A DNA stretch of 64,000 nt, taken from the IMG/VR virus record IMGVR_UViG_3300002158_000015. The stretch is one strand, 5' to 3'. Each line of letters begins with the position of its first letter. Position 1 is the stretch's first letter. The stretch comes from an uncultured virus (IMG/VR IMGVR_UViG_3300002158_000015). Taxonomy: Duplodnaviria; Heunggongvirae; Uroviricota; Caudoviricetes. The notes beneath the pieces are model-generated. The model had not been told where the DNA came from, searched no databases, and was given only the letters and a program-made list of their open reading frames with translations. This document shows positions 9,510-17,924 of this stretch, in pieces. The position numbers were made by a program, and so were the translations under genes.

Positions 9510-10486
9510 TAATGAACCCTCTCGTAATCGACCATGAGATAGCCGCTCGGGTGGCTGGCAACTGCTTCGGGCTGATCTTCCGCAACCTCTTGTGCCATGA
9601 CGCCGATTTGCGGCGTCGGATCGCCTTTGTATCGATAGCGGTAAAGCGGCGTTCCTTCATCCGTTTCACCGATGCGCTCAATGTCTTCTTTCAGTCTCTC
9701 GTCTGAGAACTTGAGCATGGAGAATGGTGCGGAGAGCAGTCCGAATAGGCCGCCCATGGAAGCATTCGATTGCTGCAATTCGGACTGGTATTTCTGATTT
9801 ACCAAACCCGTGTAATCAACGCCGCCGACGCCGGTTTGAGGTGTGGCGCCGGACATTTGAGCGGGATTGGAAACCTGCGATCCCGACATGAGCGCGGTAA
9901 TTTCATTGATCGGTTGATTTCGCTGCGCCAATGCCTCGGAAAAGGCTTGCTGCCTGCCCGTCAATGCCAGCTGGTTCATCTGGTCGCTATTGGAATTCGT
10001 CAGGCGGGTCATTTCGCTGTTCCAAGCCGCTGTTCCGGGGCGAATGCCGGAGTTGATCAGCTTGGAACGAAGGTCCGTTTCATTCTGACCCTGCTGGGCA
10101 AGGATGCGGGGCGAAGCTAGATCGTAGGCCCACTTTTCCGCGTCGGAGTTATTGAACTGGAATGGCGTGTTCAGCAGATCGCGCATCTTGGCGGATTGGT
10201 CTTGTGCGATCCCGGCCAGATTGCCCTGCGCCGCCTGAGACTTGTCGAAAATTGCCTGCTGTTGTGGAGTAAGCGTCGTCGTTTGCGTGAACTGCGGCAG
10301 GGTGATGGTCTTCCCCTGTGAATCCACATAACTGTTCGTTCCGGTCTGATTGTAGTTGACCGAGCCCCACGGATTGACCTGGTTATTCATATTGAGCATC
10401 TGCTGATCGCGCGCGGTGTCCCGGTTCATACCGGCCTGCGCTTGCGCGGTGGCGACCGGGTCGGGCGCCTTAGGGGTGCTCACCAT
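9509..10486 (-). CDS. DNA transfer protein (gp7-position) with C-terminal peptidase S74-type chaperone domain
   Basis: Likely start MVSTPKAPDP at 10486; C-terminal FSDERLKEDI...YRYRYK...IGVMAQEV...VDY. Confidence 0.8.
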   Translation of the reverse strand: MVSTPKAPDPVATAQAQAGMNRDTARDQQMLNMNNQVNPWGSVNYNQTGTNSYVDSQGKTITLPQFTQTTTLTPQQQAIFDKSQAAQGNLAGIAQDQSAKMRDLLNTPFQFNNSDAEKWAYDLASPRILAQQGQNETDLRSKLINSGIRPGTAAWNSEMTRLTNSNSDQMNQLALTGRQQAFSEALAQRNQPINEITALMSGSQVSNPAQMSGATPQTGVGGVDYTGLVNQKYQSELQQSNASMGGLFGLLSAPFSMLKFSDERLKEDIERIGETDEGTPLYRYRYKGDPTPQIGVMAQEVAEDQPEAVASHPSGYLMVDYERVH

Positions 10487-10857
10487 GGGTAGTCTTCCTT
10501 CAAAATGCCGACGATGAAGGCGTTGCGACCGGGGCCGAAGTGATTTCGCAACATGCCCTCGACCTGACCGCCAAGGCGTTCCGCAATCCTGACGATGCGC
10601 GGCTGTTCCGTGATCGCCGTCATGCGCTGACACCTAAGGGTGCCAAAGACATACTGTCCTACATCGGTAAGAAAGCTCTTTGTCCAACCGTGCCCGGCGA
10701 CCGTCACATGCACATCGGGCGGCTCGTAAACATTGAAGAGAACCCCAGCGATAATCTCGCCGTGCCGTTCGATACCCATGCATGTGAACGGCGGGACAAA
10801 TCCCTTCCCCACTGCATCGCTGATGAATTTTGCCACCCGCTCGTCAGTGACGATCAA
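10480..10857 (-). CDS. GNAT-like virion-module protein (P22 gp14-position)
   Basis: Acetyltransferase-like ERLGGQVEGMLR motif; position between tail hub and ejection genes. Confidence 0.7.
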   Translation of the reverse strand: MIVTDERVAKFISDAVGKGFVPPFTCMGIERHGEIIAGVLFNVYEPPDVHVTVAGHGWTKSFLTDVGQYVFGTLRCQRMTAITEQPRIVRIAERLGGQVEGMLRNHFGPGRNAFIVGILKEDYPW

Positions 10858-12761
10858 GTGAAGGTGTCCCCGGTTTGATAGGTAACATCCAACGAAACAA
10901 TCTGGACATCCAATGGCACAACCGCGCCGGATGTGACCTGCAATACTGGAGCGAGTCGGTAGCCATTGCCGGCAACTGAATGACGCCGCTTGGAAACGAT
11001 CTTAGCCCGTTCGGCGCTCCATACGCTTTCATTCCAAGTCGCGTTGTCCCATTCGTTGCCGACCGGAACAGGCGCAACATCGGGCGGGGCTGGGATAGTG
11101 TCGTCAAAGTCGAAGCGGCAGGACAGCCGTTCATTGATCTCCGTTGCGGAAATCAGTTCCGACCGAGCAATGCGCGCAATCTTCATCCCGGTAGGTTTTC
11201 CGGCGTCCGAGAACAACGGCATATACGTTCCGGTGAAAGGCGTATCCATGTCCGTCCCGCCGACCATGGCTTGCATTACAAAGCCGTTTGGAGTGCCGAA
11301 ATACATAGAACCCTCAAAGACTTCCATGCATAGTGCATTCCAGTTCGTGAATGGCGACCAGGCGCCTGTTCTTGCATTCGAGACAAGGAACAATGGCGAC
11401 ATTTCACCGGTAGGCGTGGCAATCGCGACCATCTGGCTTTCCGGCCATAGGCAGCATACCCAATCGGTGCGACCTCGCTGCGAAACAGCCTCATTCCATG
11501 CATCTTCAATGGCGAAGGAAACCGCCTTTGGCGCGAGTGCGGCCAGATCTACTTGTACAGCCGTCGAGAGTGAAACGAACCCAATCGTTGTTGCGAAAAC
11601 CAGATCGCCGCCAGCCCGAATGAATGCCCGGCGGCCCATCGGAGTGCCGATGCGGTACGTTCCAACCTTGCTCCATCCATTAGTTACGGACGGATGCGGA
11701 CCTTGGAATACGACCGCCTCACCCTCGGAAGAAACAAAAACATTCTGCTCGGAAAGACCACCCTGCCCTGAAGCATTGAGCGACCATGCCTGCCCGACTA
11801 GCAGCGAACCGCCCTGCCCGAACTCTGCACCAAGGGGGAGTTCTGTTGCCGTCCCGCCAATCTGATCGACAGGCAAATACCACGCTGAAAGGCTATCCTT
11901 CTGCGCGAAGTAGAGAGCATTTTTGTAGCTCCACACGAAAGCCATGTCAGCGCTGGTGAGCACGCCCGGGAACGTAACTCCCGGCACGACGCTTGACGCG
12001 ACGCTTGCCGATGTAGCCGCACCACCGCCGCCAGTAATCGCCTCATTGTTTTGGAATGTGCCGGTAATGCCTGTCAGGAGCAACGCTCCTTCGCCGGGTA
12101 CGGCCCCTATGACAACGTCCAGAATGGTTGCCGTTGCCAAGGATGTGCCGCCGGTCACGACGGCGCCCTTGGTGAACGGTGCCGTCCGCGCCTTATACGA
12201 CAGCGCCCAAACCCCGCCCTTAACATTCGGGTAGAAGGCTGCCCCATCGTAGATGAAGCCGGTAGACTTCCCATTGACGCCAATCAGGTAGACGCCGCCC
12301 GTTACCGAGAATTGAACGGTGAACCAATTTCCTCCCAGTGTACCAGTCCACGCGATGTTCTCGGGCTGGATCGAATTTTCGCCAACGGAGTAAGAGCCAA
12401 CCTCTCCAATCTCATCAGGAAGCTCACCGACAATGCTATTCGTCGGGCTTGCTATCGTCGTGACATCGTAAATCGCGTCGGCCGTGCCAGCGAACAGCTT
12501 TCGCTTGTTGCCGACCACGTATTTGAAAATGGACAGAACCGGCGTTTCTGTCGGCATTTCAGCCTTTGGGCCTGATCCTCGCCGAAGGATTGCCCCTGTC
12601 GCTGTCGGAAACCAGTTTTCCAGCACCGTCGCGCCCTGCGGTCCATTTTGCGGCAGCGCCAACGCACGGTTCCTAACCCATCCTGCGGTCGGTGCGGAAA
12701 ACGTAACGGGCTCAGCCTCTCGCATGCGCGGCGCGGCGACCTGTCGAGCGGGAACACGCAT
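10854..12761 (-). CDS. Tail hub / packaged DNA stabilization protein (gp10-like)
   Basis: Start MRVPARQ at 12761; large beta-rich protein after adaptor. Confidence 0.75.
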   Translation of the reverse strand: MRVPARQVAAPRMREAEPVTFSAPTAGWVRNRALALPQNGPQGATVLENWFPTATGAILRRGSGPKAEMPTETPVLSIFKYVVGNKRKLFAGTADAIYDVTTIASPTNSIVGELPDEIGEVGSYSVGENSIQPENIAWTGTLGGNWFTVQFSVTGGVYLIGVNGKSTGFIYDGAAFYPNVKGGVWALSYKARTAPFTKGAVVTGGTSLATATILDVVIGAVPGEGALLLTGITGTFQNNEAITGGGGAATSASVASSVVPGVTFPGVLTSADMAFVWSYKNALYFAQKDSLSAWYLPVDQIGGTATELPLGAEFGQGGSLLVGQAWSLNASGQGGLSEQNVFVSSEGEAVVFQGPHPSVTNGWSKVGTYRIGTPMGRRAFIRAGGDLVFATTIGFVSLSTAVQVDLAALAPKAVSFAIEDAWNEAVSQRGRTDWVCCLWPESQMVAIATPTGEMSPLFLVSNARTGAWSPFTNWNALCMEVFEGSMYFGTPNGFVMQAMVGGTDMDTPFTGTYMPLFSDAGKPTGMKIARIARSELISATEINERLSCRFDFDDTIPAPPDVAPVPVGNEWDNATWNESVWSAERAKIVSKRRHSVAGNGYRLAPVLQVTSGAVVPLDVQIVSLDVTYQTGDTFT

Positions 12762-12765
12762 CAGA

Positions 12766-13464
12766 CTACCCCAATGGCCATGGATACGCGGGGCCGATGT
12801 TGAAACGACGCAGAGAGCGCCCCGAACGGATAGTGCGGGCGCCCTTGTCGCGCGTCTGCTCCTGCGAAAGAGCAAGCTCGAAGTCAGCAAATTCCTGCTG
12901 GTAATCCATGCGCTTGAGCGCCAGCCATCGCCACAGAAGCGAGAGCGTCAAAAGTCGCTCATCCAGCGCGAAAACATCCGTATCAGCCGTCAATTCGGCT
13001 TTTGGACTTCCATTCGTAGCGACCCATACGTTTTTCGAAACATAGGGGAAAATCGCCTTTTGCGACGCCCCCGGGGTCGGCATGAACTGAAACTGGTTCT
13101 TGCGGATTGTCCAGATGCCGGGAGAAATCAGGCCGATGCCGGAAATCTGGTATTGGAGCCATTCGCCATAATCTGAGATATGGCGATAGCCCCAACACCA
13201 ATTGTTCGGGTCGTAGAGTTCCGAAGCCTGGACCATGCGGTCGTAGTCGGATGGAAACGGATATGCTGCATCCGTCCCGTTCGCTGTGATGGTGTAGAAC
13301 TGGCTTAGCGCCTGCCAATCGTGCGACTTGGCGATCTCTACGGCGGCAGTCTGCGCAAGCGCGGTCATCTCTACACAGATTACGTCCGTGCTGGATACGA
13401 CGGCTGCGGGCTTGCGCCCGACCAGCGTCATGATTGCCTGCTGCGCTGCCGAGAGGACCGACAT
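12766..13464 (-). CDS. Head-tail adaptor (gp4/T7 gp11-like)
   Basis: Size, position and helical pattern (YPFPSDYDRM, LLTLSLLWRW). Confidence 0.7.
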   Translation of the reverse strand: MSVLSAAQQAIMTLVGRKPAAVVSSTDVICVEMTALAQTAAVEIAKSHDWQALSQFYTITANGTDAAYPFPSDYDRMVQASELYDPNNWCWGYRHISDYGEWLQYQISGIGLISPGIWTIRKNQFQFMPTPGASQKAIFPYVSKNVWVATNGSPKAELTADTDVFALDERLLTLSLLWRWLALKRMDYQQEFADFELALSQEQTRDKGARTIRSGRSLRRFNIGPAYPWPLG

Positions 13465-14189
13465 TACGCAGCCGCCCCTTCCAATTCCTTGAGCGCGTCA
13501 ACGAGTGTGGCCCGTGACGGATTGCCAAGCGGGCGTTTGCCATCATTCAGGGACGCGATGCGCTCCTTGATCTGGTCGTTCGATAGTGCTGCGTATTCAT
13601 CGTCAGAAGCCTGTATGGCCGCGTCGATATCGGCCGGCGAAGCTTCTTTGACGGGGATGATCTGCGCCTTGAGCGCGGCCAATTCGGCCCTCAGCTTTTC
13701 GACTTCATCGGAATTGGCGTTGGACTTGTCGCGCGCGGCCATATAGTTCCGCGCCATCTCCTTCAGGCCGTTTCCAGCCATGCCAAGGCTTTTCAGCGCA
13801 TCGCCCTCGAGATGGTGAAGTGCCTCGATAGAATAGATGCGCAGTGCCCGACACAGGGAGAGATTGGCGTCGGACATGCCGAAGCTTCTCAGCATCTCCA
13901 GCGGCGTCCCTGCGGCTTCCTGATCGGCTCCGGCGAGGAATGCGCGGTACTGATCTGCCCAGCGCTCAGCAAAGGTGATGACCTTGCCGTTCTCGCGCTT
14001 CCACATCGCATCGACGGGGAAAACAGGGGAATAGTTTTTCGATCCGGCGAAGCGGACCTCAACCACCTGGATCATATTCTTGACGAGATGGCCCGCACGC
14101 TCTGAAGCGTTGATGTCCTCGACGCTCTCATATCGAAACAGAGGCGTGACGGTGATTTCGCGGGTATCAAGTTCGATTGGCTCTGCCAT
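13464..14189 (-). CDS. Conserved phage protein, possible C-terminal HeH-like domain
   Basis: 241 aa, coupled to adaptor; ends YAALSNDQIKERI...RATLVDAL. Confidence 0.7.
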   Translation of the reverse strand: MAEPIELDTREITVTPLFRYESVEDINASERAGHLVKNMIQVVEVRFAGSKNYSPVFPVDAMWKRENGKVITFAERWADQYRAFLAGADQEAAGTPLEMLRSFGMSDANLSLCRALRIYSIEALHHLEGDALKSLGMAGNGLKEMARNYMAARDKSNANSDEVEKLRAELAALKAQIIPVKEASPADIDAAIQASDDEYAALSNDQIKERIASLNDGKRPLGNPSRATLVDALKELEGAAA

Positions 14190-14219
14190 GGTGAAAATCC
14201 TTTGTCTGAGTGGGAAAGG

Positions 14220-14243
14220 AAAAGGGCGGCTCGGAAGCCGCCC
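14220..14243 (-). terminator. Rho-independent terminator after capsid genes
   Basis: GGGCGGCT/AGCCGCCC stem with T-tract on minus strand. Confidence 0.75.
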
Positions 14244-14265
14244 CTGATGTATGGCCTATGGAGTG

Positions 14266-14589
14266 TTAGACCGGCGCAGCGTTGTAAGCGCCACGGCGAA
14301 TCCACAGCGCATCACCGTTCTTCACTGCGGTTGCCGGCGGGGTGTAAAAGCCGCCTGCGCCGGCCGCCACCGTATAGGCCGGATAGGTAAGAATAACCTG
14401 AGTTCCGGTTGCGGCCGTAGCAGCGATATCGGCGGTGGCGGTGACGAACCAATATTCGCCGCCGTCGCTGCCGAGTTCCTTGTTGCCGGGCTTGGGAGAA
14501 GGCGAGGTGATTCCCGCCAACTGGTCCCAATAGTTCGCGCCAGTAGCGTCAAGCTGCTGGCCAAGGTTCGGGGTGGTTCGGAATGCCAT
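14266..14589 (-). CDS. Capsid decoration / cement protein
   Basis: 107 aa Ala/Gly/Thr-rich immediately after major capsid gene. Confidence 0.6.
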   Translation of the reverse strand: MAFRTTPNLGQQLDATGANYWDQLAGITSPSPKPGNKELGSDGGEYWFVTATADIAATAATGTQVILTYPAYTVAAGAGGFYTPPATAVKNGDALWIRRGAYNAAPV

Positions 14590-14613
14590 GATCGTTTCCT
14601 TTCCTGAATTGGG

Positions 14614-15624
14614 TTACGCGGTCTTGATGCGAACCTGCGAAAGCGGGTTCTCCACCACGAACTGGCCGGACCAGACGATGCCCTGTGCATAAGCATCCTG
14701 GTTGATCGGGCGAATGCCCTCGCCGGGATGGAACGGAACGAATTCCTGGTTCGGGAACGAGTAGATGCCCATGCCATCAGGATTGAGCGCGAAGATGGTA
14801 TTGGACGGCATGACGTTGCCGATACCACCCGCCGCCACCACATCCACCAGACCGGCCGGGGTCCACACGCCAAGGCTTTCGAAGCCGAGGTTTGCGGCGC
14901 GCTGGGTGGTGATGCGCTGGTGAGCGACCATGGAAGCAGAAACCGCCGAATAGCTGTTCGCATCCATGACCCAAAGGTTCGGGTACATGTTGTTGCGCGA
15001 GCGGGCCAAGGCGACCTTTTCCATGATCGGACGCGCGGTCGTGCTATCCCACGCCGTGAAGCCGGACACATCACCCGCCGTCACGTCGTAATAGGTCGTG
15101 CGCCAGTTCGGCACGTTTGCACGGTCGATGCCGCCGTAAGTGCCGGAATTGGTCACGATAGGAACGGCGCCCCCGAGGCCAACCATCTGGCGGCCGCCCG
15201 AGCCGGTACCGTCACCCACGAGGGACGATTCCCACTCTTCCTTCAGGCTCTTTTCAGCCGCCTTGAGGTAGAATTCCATCAAGTCGATCTGCTCTTCCTC
15301 GCCGCTCGTATAGAGCAGTTCGGTACCGTTCAGGGAGAACATGGAGACGACACGCGACCAGTTGAAAACTGCCGAGTTCAGCAGTTCCTTGGGCGTGATC
15401 GGCACCTTGTCGTAGCCGGTGAACCACGTCGCATCGAGCTTGTCGAACTCGATAGGGATACGCAATTCGGGGCCGCCAGCGCGCTTGCTGCGAATGCGCC
15501 CGCTGTCCTTGAGAATGCGCGTGAGGGGCGTCGTCTTGTAGACGATATCCTGCACGACCTTGGAACGCTTTGCCACGGCAGCGGTCAGAAGCTGCCTATA
15601 CTGGCGGTCTGTTACGATAGCCAT
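14614..15624 (-). CDS. Major capsid protein
   Basis: 336 aa after scaffold; strong codon bias; HK97-fold-like pattern (GDGTG..G..M.GL). Confidence 0.85.
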   Translation of the reverse strand: MAIVTDRQYRQLLTAAVAKRSKVVQDIVYKTTPLTRILKDSGRIRSKRAGGPELRIPIEFDKLDATWFTGYDKVPITPKELLNSAVFNWSRVVSMFSLNGTELLYTSGEEEQIDLMEFYLKAAEKSLKEEWESSLVGDGTGSGGRQMVGLGGAVPIVTNSGTYGGIDRANVPNWRTTYYDVTAGDVSGFTAWDSTTARPIMEKVALARSRNNMYPNLWVMDANSYSAVSASMVAHQRITTQRAANLGFESLGVWTPAGLVDVVAAGGIGNVMPSNTIFALNPDGMGIYSFPNQEFVPFHPGEGIRPINQDAYAQGIVWSGQFVVENPLSQVRIKTA

Positions 15625-15636
15625 TTGGATTTCTCC

Positions 15637-16887
15637 TTATGAAGCCAGCTTGCGCCTTTCGCGCGCCAGCAGCTTCCTGATGTCGGTTTCGTCGCCCTCG
15701 TCATCGTCCGGGTCTTGGCCGTTCGGAGCGCCACGGATGGATTTCGCGCCAGCATCGTCAGAGGGCGCGGGTTTCGCGACAGCAGGTTTCTCGGACGCTT
15801 GGGAAGATACGGATGAAGAAGCCGGATTGATCCGGACAGCCATGTCGTACGCAGCTTCAAGCCTTTCCTGAGGGGACAAGGACGCGGGGATTTTTCCAGA
15901 GGTGAGGAAGAACGCTATGTCGCCCTCAAGCTCATGGTATCGCGGGTTTGCGGCCGCGAATGGGGTGATGATCGATGTAGTCATCTGATCAGCGCGCATC
16001 GACTGGATCTCCTGCCGCAGCGCGATCACTTCCGGGTCAGGCCGGCGTTCCTGCTGCTGCGGGCGAGGCTGGTTGACGGCCTGCTGATAGGCTTGTGGGT
16101 TCTCCGCGACGTACTGGAGAACGTCCATCAGGTTCAGGTGCGAACCGTCTGCCTTACGTGGGCCAACCTCGCGAAGAACAGCCTCAAGCCCAGCAATCGG
16201 GTTCTGCGTCAAAGCGCGCTCGACCTCGACCAGCTTGGCCAAACTGTCTTTCAGTTCACGGCCATTCGACTTCGCAATTTCGTCAAACTGCCGGATCGGC
16301 TCATAGCGCTCGCCGGCCTCGCGATATTTGGTGACTTCCGCCTCATGCTCCTGGCTCATGCGGGCGATTTCGCCCTTCACCGGGTTAGGGACATTGCCCC
16401 ACACTTCCTTGGCCTTAGGGAGAAACCGGGCAGGAGGTTCGTGATACCTCTGGCCCTCAGACTGGCGCGACTTATCCGCTTCCCCCTGCCCGGTCGCGGC
16501 CTTCTCAGGCTCGCCCTTGTCCACCTCAGCCTCCTTTTCGGCCTTGGCGAATTTCCCTGTCTCGTCGCGCTGCTTGGCGGGTTTTTCGTTCTCTGCCTTT
16601 TCGGTGTCGTCCACCTTAGCCTTGGCGTCCTTGGCGGCTTCGTCGCCCTTCGCCTTGACCTTCTCAGCTTCCTTCGCTTCCTCGTCTCGAATGCGCGCCA
16701 GTTCGCCCCTCAGCGTGTCGCCAGCATCTTCCGGCTTCTCAACCTTCGGAGCGGGCGCGGTCTCGACCGGCTTCGGCTCCGTCAGGCTGGGAACACCACC
16801 GCCCGTTCCTAGCGATGCGCCGCCCTGATCAATGGACGTGGAAAGGGGAGCCGTGCCCTGTACGGGCGCCGCTTGCATATCGGTCAT
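15637..16887 (-). CDS. Capsid scaffolding protein
   Basis: Highly charged helical protein with RDETGKFAK motif, upstream of capsid gene. Confidence 0.8.
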   Translation of the reverse strand: MTDMQAAPVQGTAPLSTSIDQGGASLGTGGGVPSLTEPKPVETAPAPKVEKPEDAGDTLRGELARIRDEEAKEAEKVKAKGDEAAKDAKAKVDDTEKAENEKPAKQRDETGKFAKAEKEAEVDKGEPEKAATGQGEADKSRQSEGQRYHEPPARFLPKAKEVWGNVPNPVKGEIARMSQEHEAEVTKYREAGERYEPIRQFDEIAKSNGRELKDSLAKLVEVERALTQNPIAGLEAVLREVGPRKADGSHLNLMDVLQYVAENPQAYQQAVNQPRPQQQERRPDPEVIALRQEIQSMRADQMTTSIITPFAAANPRYHELEGDIAFFLTSGKIPASLSPQERLEAAYDMAVRINPASSSVSSQASEKPAVAKPAPSDDAGAKSIRGAPNGQDPDDDEGDETDIRKLLARERRKLAS

Positions 16888-16949
16888 CGGATTATCCTTT
16901 GTCTGAGGAAGGATGGCAGGTATAGTTCCAGGCCAAATGGAGACTGCAA

Positions 16950-17144
16950 ATGGGTATCGAGAATGCCGATTACTTGCCGACCCTAGGACAGATGAGACAG
17001 GTCGCTCGCGTCGTTGAATGGAGCGACAACCCGATCATGTTTCTCGAAGTATTCGATGGCGAAAAATGGATTGATGCCCATTCTCCCGCTTTCCTTGCCA
17101 TCAGCAAGAAGATGATCCTCGGGACCCCCGAAACTACTCGATAG
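16950..17144 (+). CDS. Small antisense moron protein
   Basis: GGAG RBS, 64 aa, fills intergenic gap in head operon. Confidence 0.55.
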   Translation: MGIENADYLPTLGQMRQVARVVEWSDNPIMFLEVFDGEKWIDAHSPAFLAISKKMILGTPETTR

Positions 17145-17487
17145 CTGCGATTTCAGGCGGAAGATTGCCGGTCATCACGTCCTGCATCGCCTGCTTGACA
17201 TGGGCCCGGCGCTCTTTCGGGTCGGCCACAGCCTCGACGGTCTTCATCGTCTCATTGCCGAGCGGAGTGAATTCTTCCCCGCGCGGGTTGCCGCTGGCCT
17301 TGTACGTGCGTTCAAGGTCGCGCGGCGTATCATACCACTTGCCATCCGCCATCGACTGTACAGGCTCGCTGAAGGCCCGCACCAGCATCGGCGTTGCCAG
17401 TTCGGATCGAGGACCGCGACACATCGGCCCGACCTTGCGATAGACGAAGCGTCCATTGCCAAGGTCGATCCAGTCGTAGGCGTCCAT
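17134..17487 (-). CDS. Hypothetical phage protein
   Basis: Coupled ORF in head operon. Confidence 0.7.
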   Translation of the reverse strand: MDAYDWIDLGNGRFVYRKVGPMCRGPRSELATPMLVRAFSEPVQSMADGKWYDTPRDLERTYKASGNPRGEEFTPLGNETMKTVEAVADPKERRAHVKQAMQDVMTGNLPPEIAAIE

Positions 17488-17702
17488 CAGGCTTTCAAAG
17501 CCGCGATGATGGAGTTGATCTTAGCTTTGTTCGCGTTCGCCAGCGTAATGACGGTCGTGGCGTCGGTAGCGTCCGGCGTCGCGACTGGCGTCAGCGCGGC
17601 GATCTGCGCCTTTGCGCCTACTGCGCCGTCGATCTGCGATGCGACTTCCTGCGCCAGCGGCGGAACCATACTCAGTTCAACAAGTCTGCTTTTGTTTGCC
17701 AT
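17487..17702 (-). CDS. Small head-fibre-like protein
   Basis: ATDATTVITLANANKAKINSIIAALKA C-terminal helix typical of head fibres. Confidence 0.6.
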   Translation of the reverse strand: MANKSRLVELSMVPPLAQEVASQIDGAVGAKAQIAALTPVATPDATDATTVITLANANKAKINSIIAALKA

Positions 17703-17714
17703 GGGAGTTATCCT

Positions 17715-17924
17715 TTACGGGGCGGCTGTGGTGATTGCAGTTACAACGCCATTGGCGACGGTAAATGTGACCTTGCGGGGTGTTCCATCCACGGGGACGC
17801 TCGCAATGATCATGCCGCTCTTCACGGCGGCGGCAGTGCCTCCAACCAGCGTTATCGGCACGCCGCCAACCATATTGGTCACAGGAACGCCCGTATTGGT
17901 GATAGTGACCGGAATGCCGCTCAT
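17715..17924 (-). CDS. Small virion-module protein
   Basis: 69 aa with PVT repeats; ATGA overlap with portal stop. Confidence 0.6.
   Translation of the reverse strand: MSGIPVTITNTGVPVTNMVGGVPITLVGGTAAAVKSGMIIASVPVDGTPRKVTFTVANGVVTAITTAAP

Noticed and set aside
9509..12890. N-terminal extensions given by the ORF track (starts 10633 and 12890)
   Set aside because: They overlap upstream genes; coupled ATGs at 10486 and 12761 fit better
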